This document shows positions 25,401 through 39,200 of a stretch of 64,000 nt of DNA, in pieces. Every line of letters starts with the position of its first letter. Positions within the stretch are counted from its first letter, which is position 1. The DNA comes from Ptychomitrium polyphyllum (Eukaryota). Where the stretch lies: assembly GCA_973851085.1 (NCBI GenBank), contig OZ316776.1, positions 5,394,001 through 5,458,000 on the forward strand, given 5' to 3'. The translations under genes were made by a program, and so were the position numbers. A model generated the notes under the pieces. It was not told where the DNA came from, searched no databases, and saw only the letters and a list, made by a program, of their open reading frames with translations.

Positions 25401-28400
25401 TTAACCGAGTAGTTCGCTCAAAATGGGCTTGTCATAAGTAGTTATCTGTCCTGATGTGGTATTATTGCGTTGAAAAGACTAAGTTTACTTATTTTCAGCT
25501 TCTTGTACGCCATACACTATGTTAGCAAGATGTGCGGGCCTCTAAATAACCGTATCAGATCGAGTTTGTGCTTTGCACTCAGGTGGTACTCTTTAATGCT
25601 TTCGCCCTAGCCTCATTATATGAATCTGCTGCTTTGTGTGCAGGATAATGTAATGACAACTTGCATATTGGTCAGTGTCATCTGCATAATTGCCATGGGG
25701 GTTATCATTTCATTCAGCCCTCTTGACGATATAAAATACCATGGTTGGAGTAGTTTTGCAAAGTATTCCACCTCTCCGTATACGTCACCTTTATACTTAG
25801 GCTGGGCGATAGCCTCAGTATTTGCTCTTGTGATAACTGGAGTCTTACCGGCCATTTCTTGGTTTGCTACGTATCGTTTTTCTCTTTCCTCAGCTGTTTG
25901 TGTCGCCACCTTCATAGGTATGCAGGATTCTTCATTCTCAGCCTTGTGCTCCTGTATGCCTTTTCTAAGTCTTATTCGATTTCTGATTGTTCAGTGTGGT
26001 CTCTCTGTCTCGCTTGACAGACTCAGAAAACTTTTAAAATTAGAGGATATTTTTTGCCTGTTCTGTTTGTAAGAACAAATGCACTATTTACAAGGTTCTG
26101 CTCTTGTTACTTGCTGTTTAAACGTGAATCTTGTCAGTGATGCTTGAAAGAAATGTGAGCAATTCAACGATTTAACCTGTTAATGAAAGGAAGTGTAACA
26201 ATTGGTTGAGAAAATCTTGGACTCGTCATATTAATATGCTTATGGTATAAGGCGACAGTGTTGAGTGTTCTAGGGGAATAAGTGTTTTACTCTCTTTCAT
26301 AAGGAATTGTTGTATCTTATTGTTTTCAATTTGTTTTGTTTGTGTGGTGATGTTGGCAGTGGTCTTGATGACGTTTTGCGGAGGGTCTTATGTGGGAATC
26401 GTTCGGAGTCGTGTCGGCAAAACTCCTACAGAAGCTGATTTTTTAGCTGCCTTGCTACCTTTAGTGTGCATACCGGCCATGTTCTCTCTTGGATGTGGCC
26501 TCTACAAATGGTGAGTTGCTGCTTTATTTGATCTTGATTAGTTTGTCTTAATTTTGAGCTGTTTATACTCAAATAAAATTTTGGTTGGTTTTACACCTCT
26601 GTAGCATTGTGTTCTACATTTCTGGTGAGGTTTGATTGACGTTTGTTATGTGATTATCAGGAGAGATGAAGGCTGGCGGTTCTCCAAGGGTGCATATGTA
26701 TTTGTTGGACTTGGTCTTACACTTTTGCTGGGTGCAATCTCAGCAGTCATCGCTACCATCAATCCTTGGATGGTAAGAAGATTTAGCTTTCTAAGTCATG
26801 AAAGATGCATAGTGTTCCGTCTGCTGTATCCCTTCCGATTTTTTGATTGGTACTAATCCAACTAGTGTGGTTAACAGGTTGGGGCTGCTTTTTTGCTATT
26901 CCTGCTGCTAGTTGTGTTGACAATAGCGGTGATACATCACTGGGCCTCGCATAACTTTTACTTGACTCGTATGGAGGTGTTTTTTGTCTGCCTCGGGGCA
27001 TTTGTTCTAGCCCTAGCTGCTTTTCTCATTGGGCTCTTAGCAGGTGAGTACATTCTTTGATGCTTTGTTAGCCTGATTTATCTTCTGTCCACTGATCGTA
27101 GGTGAAGTGATTTTTCAGTAGTTGATCCTGCAAGGTTGCAGCCTGCACGCGATTATTTGAGTTGTGTACTGGTAGATCACTGAAGTAGCTTGGATTGTTA
27201 CTTCTGTTTGATACTTTTGGCTTTTGCAGATGAACCATTTGTCGGGGCATCAGTTGGATATTTTGCTTTCTTAGGCGTTTTGGCGGGAAGGTCTTTCACG
27301 GTAATCTGTTGTAGGGTGTGCTCGGCTGTTATTTGTTTCTTATCGGCTCTAAACACAATGTGCTTAGTTGAAGTTGCGTATATTTATCCTGAATTACTAA
27401 CTGACAGACTGCTTTACTAGTTTTAGAATCTTATGTTCACCATATGCTTACGTTGCCTTCGCTTTCATGCTGTATTCTGGGCAGGTCCTCTTGTCTCCAG
27501 CAGTGGTTGTATACTCTCCTAGAGTTCTTCCTGTTTATGTTTATGACGCTCATGCAGACTCTGCGAAAAATGTCAGGCAAGTTTTGGTGCTCTTTTGCCT
27601 TTGATTATATCAATTTGAATCAAAATTCTCTTCTGAGGAGTACATTATTCCAGCTGAGAGGTACGTCTGACTTACATGAGAATTCATACTTCAGTCGTTC
27701 AGAGATACTTATATGAGTATGTGTATTCCACCAGTGGTGCCTTTCTGGTTCTTTATGGCATAGCTTTGGCTACCGCTGGGTGGGGAGTAGTTGCAAGTTT
27801 GGAGATCTATCCTCCCTTTGCAGGTTCAGCAGTTTCAGCGATTACCTTGGTTGTGGCGTATGCTTTTGCTATTTCACGCCCACAGCTTACTTTGAAGGTA
27901 CAGTCATTTAACTATCCAACGTTTGTGCAAGTGCTTAACCTTGTTTCTCTATTTTGCGCTTTATTGGCCCAAACAAACCCATTTCAGTGTGACCATGTTT
28001 ATCTAGTTTCCACTGATTTGTATACGTATTCTCTTTTTTCTTGTAGATGATGGAGGACGCCCTTCAGTTTTTGCGAAAGGAGACTATAGCTCAAGCCATA
28101 GCTCGTTCTTCTACTAAGGTAAGTTATACCTGGGTGGGTTCTTTGGTGCCATTTGGATCGTTGGACTATGCCGCGTTCAGCTACATTTCAATGTTAGATG
28201 AAGCTTTAGCAAATGCCAAGTAGTGATGCTTGACTAACACTTCTGTTACTTTGCAGACTAGAAATGCTATGTCTGGTACATATTCAGCACCTCAAAGATC
28301 TGGAAGCTCAGCAGCTCTGCTTGTAGGTGATGCTTCTATCACCCGTGACAAAGCAGGAAATTTTGTTCTTCCTCGTGCTGATGTATTGAAGCTACGGGAG

Positions 28401-31400
28401 CGGCTTCGCAATGAGGAACAAGCTGCAGGGCTTAGATGGTGGCCTCTGCTATCGGCTTTTGGTTCTCCATTTGACTCATCAACAGATACAGGCTACAGAA
28501 GGAAGTTGTGCGCTCATGCGCGAATATTGGCTCTTGAGGAGGCCATAGATACTGAGTGGGTTTACATGTGGGACAAGTTTGGTGGTTATCTACTTCTGGT
28601 TCTTGGTCATGCTACAAGAGCTGAAAGAGTGCAGGTACGATCAAATCCAGAAGCACTGCATTCTGCCATTTTCCTTTGCCGTTGTGAATGCTTGATGATG
28701 GTTTTGAAGGTTCATGCCCGCTTTTGCCTCTTGCTGTAATTTAGTCTTCTTGGTTGCAAACTTGGGATTTATAAGGCTAATATGGAAATGGGCAATTCAT
28801 TTAATCTTACCGTACTAGAAGGCAGTATTGATTCATGTTTTGTTTTTCTATTTACTACTGTTCTGGAATCGTTTCTGTGTTCTGCAGGACGAAGTCAGGC
28901 TGCGGCTTTTTTTGGATAGCATTGGCTTCTCAAATCTCAGTGCAAAAAAAATTAAGACGTGGACAGCTGAAGACCGAAAACAGTTCGAAACAGTGCAAGA
29001 AAAGTAAGAAATTTCTTTAAAAAAAATTAAATGTTGGTCAAAGGTAGAGTTTTAATTGTCGGATTGGAACAAATAAAAACTCAGATTATCAATTTTCTGA
29101 ATAACATTATGAGGCCACTTTGAAAGGATTGAGAAGTTATAATTGGAACCCTACTAGTGCTTTCGGAGTTCCTGGACTATGTTCTATGCTTTAATGGGTT
29201 ACTTTTGACTTTGACCACCTTCACTATTCTGACTCTGACTTGTAAAGTGGACGAAATAGGTATTTGTGATTGCAATGATCTTATTTGAGCTGCTTGTTGG
29301 TCACTTTTCATGTGACTTACAGCATTACTCATGGATGTGTCATATCACTAAATATTTATTTTGCAGTTACATGCGGGAAAAGGAAACAGAAGAGGAGCTC
29401 TTACAACAAAGGCGTGAGGAGGAAGGAAAGGGCAGAGAAAGGCGCAGGGCTTTGCTTGAGAAGGAAGAACGACGACGCCACGAAATTGAGGCGTCAGTTA
29501 TTTCAACTGTTCCTGATGCAGGCACTAAAGAAGCAGCAGCAATGGCTGCTGCAGTCCGTGCAGTTGGAAGGGATATTTTACTCGATGATAACTGTGCTGG
29601 TGATCAAGTGTCTAGTTTGGCTCGACGAATATTAGTTGCTCAACGAGGCCAACGTGCACAGCAGGTTTGAGAGCTAATACCGTACTACTTAAACATAGTG
29701 AGAGCTACAGCCCTAATTTGCTGACAATCTCCAAAGGCTCTGCATTGAATTAGACCAATTGTATTGACAATCACGACCCTACTGACATATTCACTGGTAC
29801 ATTCCAGACTGGAGTACATGGAACTGTCTGTGTGATGGACAATGAGCCTCGCACTGGTGGCCGTTCTTGTGGGCCGATTGACTCAACTGTTTGCGGGAGC
29901 TCGAAAGTGAGCTTTTCTGCAGCAGTGATGATTCAGCCAGATTCTGGACCTGTCTGCATACTAGGTGTTGAAGCTCACAACCAAAAGTGCTGGGAGTTTC
30001 TAGTTGCTGGTGCTGAGCAGGGTTTAGAAGCAGGACAAGTTGGACTGCGGCTTGTATTGAAAGGAGCTGGTCAGACGACGTATAATCGAGAATGGTTCAT
30101 TGGACACACTTGTATAGCAGATGGAAGGTGAGGTTATTGCTACTTGTTGTCTCTCAAAATAACTGGAAGCATCATTTCTAGTGATGATGCTACTTCTTTA
30201 TTCACGAAATCCATGATATTGATCTCACTATCTTTTACTGAATGTAGATGGCACTCAGTTGCGGTAACGGTTGATGCTGCTACTGGCGAGGCTTTTGCCT
30301 TTATAGATGGTGTGTTTGATGGAGAAGTGAGATGTGACTTGTCACTGCCGGCAGAGGGTGGAGTATGGCAGGAAGGGATGGAAGTATGGGTTGGTATTAG
30401 ACCGCCAATGGATCTTGATGCCTTTGGTCGTTCTGATAGTGAAGGAGCAGAATCTAGAATGCATGCCATGGATATTCTTATGTGGGGCCGCTGTTTATCT
30501 GAAGATGAAATATTGATGGTGCATAACTGTACGAACCCAGAGGAGTATAATGACATGGATATCATGGATGACTATTGGCAAGGATCTCCTATGGAAACGC
30601 CCATGAGAGTAAGTTGAATGTACAGTTAATTTGTTCTGGTGCTGTTCTTTGGCTTGCATGTTGGAACGGCCTTTGAGTAGTATTTATACGGGGTGTGGAT
30701 TTGGTGTATGTAAAGTGACGTGGTTGTTTGCTCTTGTATCGAGATATTCAGTTTCTACAACTGTTATTATGATTCTCTTGTGCATTTTGCGATGTCTGTG
30801 TAATTTTCATGTGCATCCATCTTGTCCAACAGTTTGAGGATTGGAGGTATGATCCGGACCTGAGTTATGAGCGAGATGAAATTTACTGGGACGAACAACC
30901 TGCACCTGGAGGAAAGAGGAAGGCAGCAGACATAGAGAATGTTACAGTTGATATCGACTATTTATCCAGGAAAATTCGACGTCCCAAATTTGAAACCCAA
31001 GACGAGGTTTTGCAGCGGATGCAGGCTGTCGAGTTGGCTGTTAAGGAAGCTTTGCTAGCACGAGGCGAGAAACGATTTACTGATCAAGAATTTCCACCAT
31101 CTGATCATTCGCTGTTTGTCGATACAGAGCACCCCTCTGCAAAACTTCAGGTAAGTTAATGTCTATACCTGTTTGTGCTGGGATATACGTCGTTGTTTTA
31201 GGGTTGGATCAGTTTGATGTTGTTGCTGTTGACAAAATTGCAATTGTGCGGAAATCAGGTTGTTTGCGAGTGGTTGCGTCCAGAAGAGGTTTTGCGTGAA
31301 CAAGGACAAAACTCTAGGCCTTGCCTGTTTGCAGGCACTGCCAACCCTTCAGATGTTTGTCAGGTCTGAATTTATTTCTGATTCTGCTATTTTAGTTTTT

Positions 31401-33799
31401 TAATCACCGTTTGCTGGTCCGTTTTTTAATACGGTTACTTTATTTTCACGTGATGATGAGGAAGAGTAGGATTCTCCAAAATGGCACATAATACCACCCT
31501 AAACATCGATTTTTCCATGCCAGCACCAGTTTTCAACAGTTTGATAAGTGAAAATGTTACGCTGAAGGGAATGAAACAATTTTTATATGCAGATAAGCAG
31601 AATCTTATCCTAAAGATTTGGAAATGAAACCATGTTAAAGAATTCAAAAGAGGACGGTTGGACACCTCCGGTTGAACAGCAGTGTTTTCTTCATGAACGT
31701 GCTACTTCTTATCTTTTGATCAGTTCCTTCCCCTTCTTAACATCTTTTCTCAAGAAATCTAAATTATGAATAAGTTGAACTGTCCTAATCAAAATCTCTT
31801 ACATTGATTTTTCCCAACAATGTTAGCATATCAAAATACATAAGCTTATCCTTGTGTCTAGGTAGGCTTTAATCCCTGACCTCGATCTGAGTTCTCGGCT
31901 TCTGTAAATCTCATTCTGATCTATATCAATGATTTTTTATGATCATCTTTTTGTGACTACAGGGCCATCTGGGGGATTGCTGGTTTTTAAGTGCAGTTGC
32001 CGTTTTGACCGAGGCGTCACGGATATCTGATGTCATGATTACTCCTGAATTCAATGAAGAGGGTATCTATACAGTTAGATTTTGTATTCAGGTGAGAAAT
32101 CTAAGATTGGGAATGTTGTATTTGTAGTATTCTTCATGTATGAATCTCTCTGGTCATCTTCGAGTGTTCTTCAGATCTTGATATTCTCATCATTTAATTA
32201 GTGCATGGATTTAATGCAGGGGGAGTGGGTGCCTGTAGTGGTTGACGATTGGATACCTTGCGAAGCTAGGGGCAAACCGGCCTTCGCAACTAGCAGGAAA
32301 GGCAATGAACTTTGGGTGTCAATTTTGGAGAAAGCATATGCGAAGTTACATGGATCTTACGAGGCCTTGGAAGGTGGTCAGGTTCAAGATGCGCTTGTTG
32401 ATTTGACGGGGGGTGCAGGAGAAGAAATTGATTTAACTAATGAAGTTTCACAGCTGGATCTTGCCAATGGGCGTCTCTGGTTCCAGTTGCAACGTTTTAA
32501 ACAAGAAGGGTTTTTGCTCGGAGCAGGCAGTCCATCAGGTTCTGATGTTCATGTTTCTTCGAGTGGAATTGTACAAAATCATGCATATTCTCTGTTGCAG
32601 GTGAGCGACAGCTTCCTTTTTGTTTCAATTCCCCCCTCCCTCCTCTTGGTTCTCTCCAACTTTTTTCAATTTCAGTTTTCACTTTTATAGCTGAAAATGT
32701 TATGAGCTTGGAGCAGAGCATCAACCGCACGAGTTGAGTTCTAACTAGACGTTTACGCATCAGGTGCGAGAGGTGGATGGCCATCAGCTCGTGCAGATCC
32801 GCAACCCATGGGCTAATGAAGTTGAATGGAATGGGCCGTGGTCGGATTTATCACCGGAGTGGACAGACCGAATGAAGCACAAGCTCAAATACTCACCTCA
32901 GGTACTTGGATATCTTTAAGGAATTTGTATAGAACTGGTTCCTTTATGTCCTTTGCAGTTCTTGTTTAACATAATTACGGGGTCATGGTTCTCATATTCG
33001 ATATGAGACTGATCCTTAGTATCCCTCCTACCTAACGATACAGCTGCCTGGGGATATACGCTTGTGTATTCGGTTTCAAGTTTCACCTAAAATCTCATTA
33101 CAACCTCTGTTATATGTTATCCAGGCTGCAGATGGAGTATTCTGGATGTCTTGGCAAGATTTCCAACTTCATTTTCGTTCATTATATGTTTGTCGGATTT
33201 ATCCACCTGAAATGAAATACTCAGTTCGTGGTCAGTGGCGTGGATCTACTGCTGGTGGATGCCAAGATTTTGATACATGGCATCTAAATCCTCAATTCCA
33301 TTTAAAAGCTGTGGGTCCAGATGCCCGGAATCCAATTCATGTCTTCGTAACACTTACTCAGGTTTGCAATGTTCTCTACCCCAACTTCTGTTTTCTCTTA
33401 GACGTAGAAAAAGATGCATTTATTGGTTAATTAGCTTTTGATACACTGGAACCTGGAGGATCTCTCATAGTGGTTCTGTTTTGGTAGCAGGGAGTACATT
33501 CCACTTCTCGACCTACTGCCAGCTTTGGGAATTACCAATCTGTAGGAGAATCATCTCGGTTTTACATCGGCATGCGTATCATTAAAACCAATGGTAGACG
33601 ATCTGGTAAAAATATCTTCATGCATGAAGCAGTGAATGGAACGGATTATGTGAATGCGAGGGAAATATCCTGCGAAATGGTACTGGACCCTGATCCTAAA
33701 GGTTATACAATTGTTCCAACTACGCATGCACCCATGCAAGAAGCGCAGTTCTTGCTCTCAGTTTTCACTAAAGCTTCAATCATTTTGGAACCACTCTAG
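19441..33799 (+). CDS. DEK1: DEFECTIVE KERNEL 1, membrane-anchored phytocalpain (multi-TM domain with Loop, linker with laminin-G3-like domain, CysPc protease, C2L); 30 coding exons, 6507 nt, 2168 aa
   Basis: N-terminus MGASVDGAAVHSVV...VNWRPWRIYSWIYARKW; Loop LQDKGLDPNFATMLKEKGLDPTILALLQRSSLDA; catalytic QGHLGDCWFLSAV, NHAYS and IRNPW; C-terminus VFTKASIILEPL*. Exons: 19441-19580, 20983-21233, 21404-21586, 21825-21960, 22260-22390, 22680-22794, 23114-24128, 24497-24607, 24845-24903, 25182-25356, 25644-25917, 26360-26510, 26661-26772, 26878-27043, 27230-27300, 27485-27576, 27735-27897, 28047-28118, 28257-28634, 28888-29003, 29367-29664, 29808-30127, 30248-30608, 30833-31150, 31259-31363, 31963-32091, 32220-32600, 32764-32901, 33125-33361, 33491-33799. 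All phases are compatible and the total is divisible by 3. Confidence 0.98.
31070..33200 (+). other. DEK1: Calpain catalytic (CysPc) domain-coding part of DEK1; catalytic Cys codon at 31978-31980, His in exon 27, Asn in exon 28
   Basis: FTDQEFPP ... QGHLGDCW ... ILEKAYAKLHGSYEALEGG ... HAYS ... RNPW ... DGVFWMSWQDF are standard calpain motifs. Domain edges are approximate. Confidence 0.92.
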
Positions 33800-36284
33800 A
33801 TGGTAATGGAGAAGTTGGATTTAATACGAGCGCAGCATTTAGGCGTCTGCTACTTCTGTCATTTCACCAACTCGAAAAGCAGGTACTGACACCACATTCA
33901 TATTCTCTATGTAAGCTATGTTCTATTGTGTACAATGTGAAGTAGTTCGACTGATATCTGATTCGCTCCATCTCTAACTGCATTTCTTATGATGATTCTA
34001 GAGATAAACTTGCATGGACCTACTTATGATACCTACTTCGATTTCTTCAACACACTGATGCCTTAAGCGCCTCCCGACACGCTCGTCATATGTATCGTTG
34101 AGGCTGAAGGTACGAAAACAGCTATTCCAAGACTCAACCTACAAATTGAAAACATTACTGATTGGAGAGATTACACAGCGTAGGGTGCCGTATATGCAAA
34201 TATGTGATATTACATATATATGATGCTTGTAGACCTCATGATTTTGGCTCATCCTTTCTAATACACTAAAATGAGCAATATCAACAACTTGTGAAACTAA
34301 ATCTTTATTAATATTTGCTCATTACAGGTCTTAGGTTCTAGCTTGCTGGAGTCTATTTCCGCCGCTATTCCTGGAATTAAAGTGAAGAATTGAAGTACAA
34401 CTTGTACTCCTAGGTTGAAGACTTGAATCGGGTCTGCTTACACACAAGACATGAAGGTTTGGATATAGCGCTAGCTTTGATAATGGTTGATTCTGCACAT
34501 TCATCTTATGGCTGATGTTAATGTTCAATTGTACACAAGGACCGAAGCTGGTCTCGTTCCTCTCCAATGGCCTTGCTTCATTTGTACTTTTGGCATTTGA
34601 CTTTATGTCCCGAGAATTTATGCTGGTCTTTAAATATGCATCTTCACCTTAGTCCCATCCTTCTACCAATGGTATGTCCTTTTCTTTTGGTAGTTGACTC
34701 GCCCTTTGCTCAACATCACATCTGTCAATGAAACCAGATCGTAGATATTTTGTCATGTATGCGACGAGACCGTGGAAGTGAAAGCAGTGATATTTGACAC
34801 ATCGACCTCGTCCGTTCTGAGCAGATTTATGCCTTGCGTGCTCCCAGTGACTTACATTGGCCTCTGAATTCTGTGTCTGCCAGATGTCGATGCAGTACGA
34901 GACATCTCGTAGGCACCCAATCACTTGAGTCTAAATTCATTTAGGGGATCTGTTTGTGATTGAGCAATGATTGGAACAGTGGATCTTTTCTGAGTATATG
35001 AGAATTTCCCGAAGTTAACCCTTTATATCCTTCGGGGTGGTTTGGTTTTCAGAGGGTTTTCTGAGAATCTTTCACTATTTGTGTTGCACTTCCAAGGTGA
35101 CGGTTTTAGGTGTATACTGAATCGTATAAATATAGAATACATTTGTTTCCAGTGATATGTGACAAATCTTCTAAAATGTGCACGACATGGTCACTCTTAT
35201 CTTGCCTTTGACAACTCAACTCTTATGAACCCTTATGGTTCTTACTCCACTCTGTTTTTGTTCATGGTTCTTAACCCAAAGTGGGATTCAACTTTAATAT
35301 GAAAGGAATGTTAGAGAAAAGTCTTAGTCAAAGTCAAAGTTTTTACCGTAAGGGGTATCAGAGGCCGTTTGGGTAACTTTTTAAAGAAAAAATCCACGCT
35401 TTTCCCCACAAAGTCTATCATAGGTGGAATTTTTTTGGTTTTGCTTCAGCTCCTAACACTAGAAATTTCAATTTCAGAAATAGCTAGGAATTGTTGGTAT
35501 GGTCTTATTGAATATTTTTGACCTTTTGCAAAAGCAAGTATTGACAATTAATATCTAATTGAAATTTCGTTGGAAATTGTTTCTTCACTTGCACTGGTCG
35601 TCAAACTATATTTCCATCCTCCGAAAATTGTTGCAAATCATTACAATGTTTGGAAAACGGCCGGGTGCATTCATTCCTGAAGTAGTTGAAGGCTCTTCTA
35701 CATCCGATAGGGTTTTAAGGCTTGCCAGCATATATGAATCTTAGACATTGAAAGAATTGGACACCATGGATACATTGAAATACAAATTTACAGCTGATAG
35801 CAGATGAAAAAAACTCAAAAATCTACACTACCGAGACAATCGCTGCTTGCACATAACATTTCGTCCACTCAACAAAACATGTTCTAGAGGCATCCAGGAC
35901 ATAATTGAAAGAGAATTTGTCTCAACGCAGTCTGTTAGAATAACAATGCTTCCAAAGTGAAGAGAATTGTGTCATGCATCTTGGACAGCCTGATCCATTT
36001 GAGTTAGTTTCTAAAAATCCACAGATGATCAGTATCAAGGTATCAACCGTTCCAGCAAAGACCTTTAACGAACCAGTCTGATCTAAAAGTGATAGAGATG
36101 AAACTGCAGGCTTGTCCCGTTCACAGCCAATCTAATAATTCGGCTCTCCAAACATCCATAATAACACACTAAGAATTTCTACATAAGACCCAAAAGATCT
36201 GCACAGATGTTCAGCCAAGTATCTCCCACCGAGCAGATTGGAAAAATAGCGTTTGACAATAAGCCGAACTTGCTTGGGCTTGCC

Positions 36285-39200
36285 TCAAGATTGCCATCTC
36301 CTTGGAGTGCGAGGTTGTTGACTCTTCCTCGGCCGCTTAACCCCAGGTCGTGGAAATAGCAACTGATCTATCAGTTGATCTGCAACTTTTTCACAGGTGG
36401 CCTGCACGTTTGTGTAGAAGTAAAAGAACGTCAGCAGCAGACATGTTAGAAAATGTTGCACAATGTTCAGTATAACGTGTCAGTTATAAAGCACCATGTC
36501 AATGAACTGCATTAGAACGCCATTGACTGAAAATATCAATTTAAGGGTTTGAATCTGCTTAGTTTAAAAAATGCATTATAACCCACGACAAGATACATGT
36601 AAAGGTGAGTTCGTTCATGTCTAGAATATAAATTGATAGTTAACTAATATGTGCATACCTTCCTGTTAAACTGGAAACGAAGTGTCTGAACCTCAATGCC
36701 AGCGCTAACTCGCAAGTCCATTCCTAAGCAGTCAATTCCAATAACTGTAGCTTCCTGTGTGAAAGCGCATGATCGGATTAGCACAGACTGCCAATAATGA
36801 AGTAAAAATTCAGAATCGGAATCTAATAATATGCTCTCAAAGAACCAAGCATTCAATATTATACTCAAGTAGAAACACAAGATCCATAGCTCGAGGCTTG
36901 ATGGTATATGCAAGACATGATTAAATTAGTGCAGATTGACCCAGTTCCACATTAAAGAACAGAATTTGATAATAGCATGTCTGGGACTTGGAAATGTGTA
37001 CTGTAGCAACATGAACATACCTCAACTTCTAGACCCTTTTCTCGTCGACATAATGCTTTAAGAGCTCGATCAGTCTTACTCCCTCCTTGATTAACCCGTT
37101 CAGTGATTGCTCCTGCGGAATGGGCCAATATGTCTGCTTGCCCATTATTGAAGTCCTGTATTTCTATGGATTTCTGCAGAACATTGCAAAAGGCAAGAGG
37201 TTAATTCTGAATGCCACCAATAGGATTTAACAAGGTCTCTCCATACACCACCATTTCTGATCGTATAACAACAAGAAAGCAAGTTTCAACGTCTAAACCT
37301 TCTTCCAGGTTTTCAAGAGAATAGTATAGCAGAGGTCCAGTGGAAGGATGTCTAGAGAAGGTAACAAATGCAGAAAACTGGAGAAATTCTAACCTGCAGC
37401 CCTGAGTTCAAATCAAGCTGCATGCTGAGCATCTCAAGCTTGTAAAAGGTAGTACCCACATCCCAACTGGTGCTCTCTTCTGTCCATTCACCCTCAACCG
37501 CGTCACCTCCCTCCACGGATGCATCTTCTAATACATCACCTACCTCGCCTTCTAATATCTCACCTTCTAGTATTGACCCAACCAGTGCTGCTTCATCAGT
37601 ACCAGAAGAAACCCCCACTGAGTCTCTCACGGTGTTACTAGAACGCATCTCTCTCCTGGTGATGTCCTGACCATTATCGACCTCAATATCAGATTTAATA
37701 GAGTCGCTGATTGACGAAGGTCGGAGACCTCCGTTCCTTGACCTCTGCTCATCCACCTCAACACCGCCCTTAGTAGATGTTCTTCTCATGCCACTACTTG
37801 GATTCGGCTTCCCGTCCCCTGCTTTGGATGCGGAAGGTGCTCCATTCACAACTTTCCAACGAGTCCGCATGCCCTTATCTTTATCGGTTTCCTTCGAAGT
37901 CTCATGCTCCCCTATCAGAGAGGCCTCTTCTTCCTCACCGTCATTATCTTCATCCCACCAGAAGCGATCATACCAGAGACTTTGAACATAGGACTCCTCC
38001 TCTTCAGTAACCCTTCTGACAACTCCTGTTATTGTGAGCCGCTTTGTTGGCTTGTTCATTTCCTCAGTATGATCAGTTGCTACGGCCTGTGCTCAAAAAA
38101 CTTCAATAAATTCAGCTAGACGACCATTGACAACTATACTCATTAGACAGTTGCAGAAAAATCTTGCAGCTACATATATTTTGAGTTAAACTCATTTCTC
38201 TCCTACATTTTCAGCGTCTTAATGTTTCTGCACATACTCGCCCATGCCAACCTGATTGTGATAAGTCTAACATGCTAATCGGGTGCACGTGAATGATCTT
38301 CTCCAGATCTAGCTATGCTAGCAGGGCACCAAGACGAGAACGTCTTCCTTAGACATCCACTTGTTTGCCAGCACATAGATTAATACTAGGAAAACAATAG
38401 AGGCAGAACATGTAAAACAAATCACAGTTACACAAAAACAATTCTACAATAACCAACCTGAGAGATCTTCGTGGCGAACTCCAACGGGTGCACCCACGCC
38501 AATGTCTCTGGGCCTCCCCATCCACCTAGAGAACCCATGGACTCGGGTGATAAGCCATCATGAAGGCTTCCTTGAGCGCCTGCTAATTCCTCCCAAAATT
38601 GCTGGAAAAAAAACACAAAATGATGTTTAAAGACACACAATATGTATTTCCATACCTCACTCCAAGCATACCAACCCTAAATAATTGCAAGAATTCTTTT
38701 GGGCTAGACCTCTAGAAGATACACCAAAGCTAATCAAAAGATCTTGGTCGAATTTCTCCTCACATAGATGTGAATAGTAAACTATTTATATAAACAAGTT
38801 TCACATATGACAGGCTACCACAAAGCTAGACAACTGCTTGAGACAAGATTATTTCTACCACAAGAAACCTTACATTCATTACAGCTAGTTAGAAGGTATA
38901 TCACTCACAGGTGGAACAACATCTTCGGGGTTAAACTCATCATCACTATCATCACTGAATTCCATGAGTATGTCGTTATCATCCTCATCATCGTCCATTT
39001 CTTCCCCGCCATCAACCATTTCCGAGACTTGAACTTCATCCATCGCACCGAAGCCAATCATAACCTGCCCTTCAGAAAGAGAAAAACCTATCTTAGTCAG
39101 ACCAGTCGATGTCTAGTTTTCACTTTGAAGAGCTAATGCAGGACGCCCTTATTGAACCGTTCAGACATTAAATTGAGAGCACAGGAAAAACGCTAAGCTT

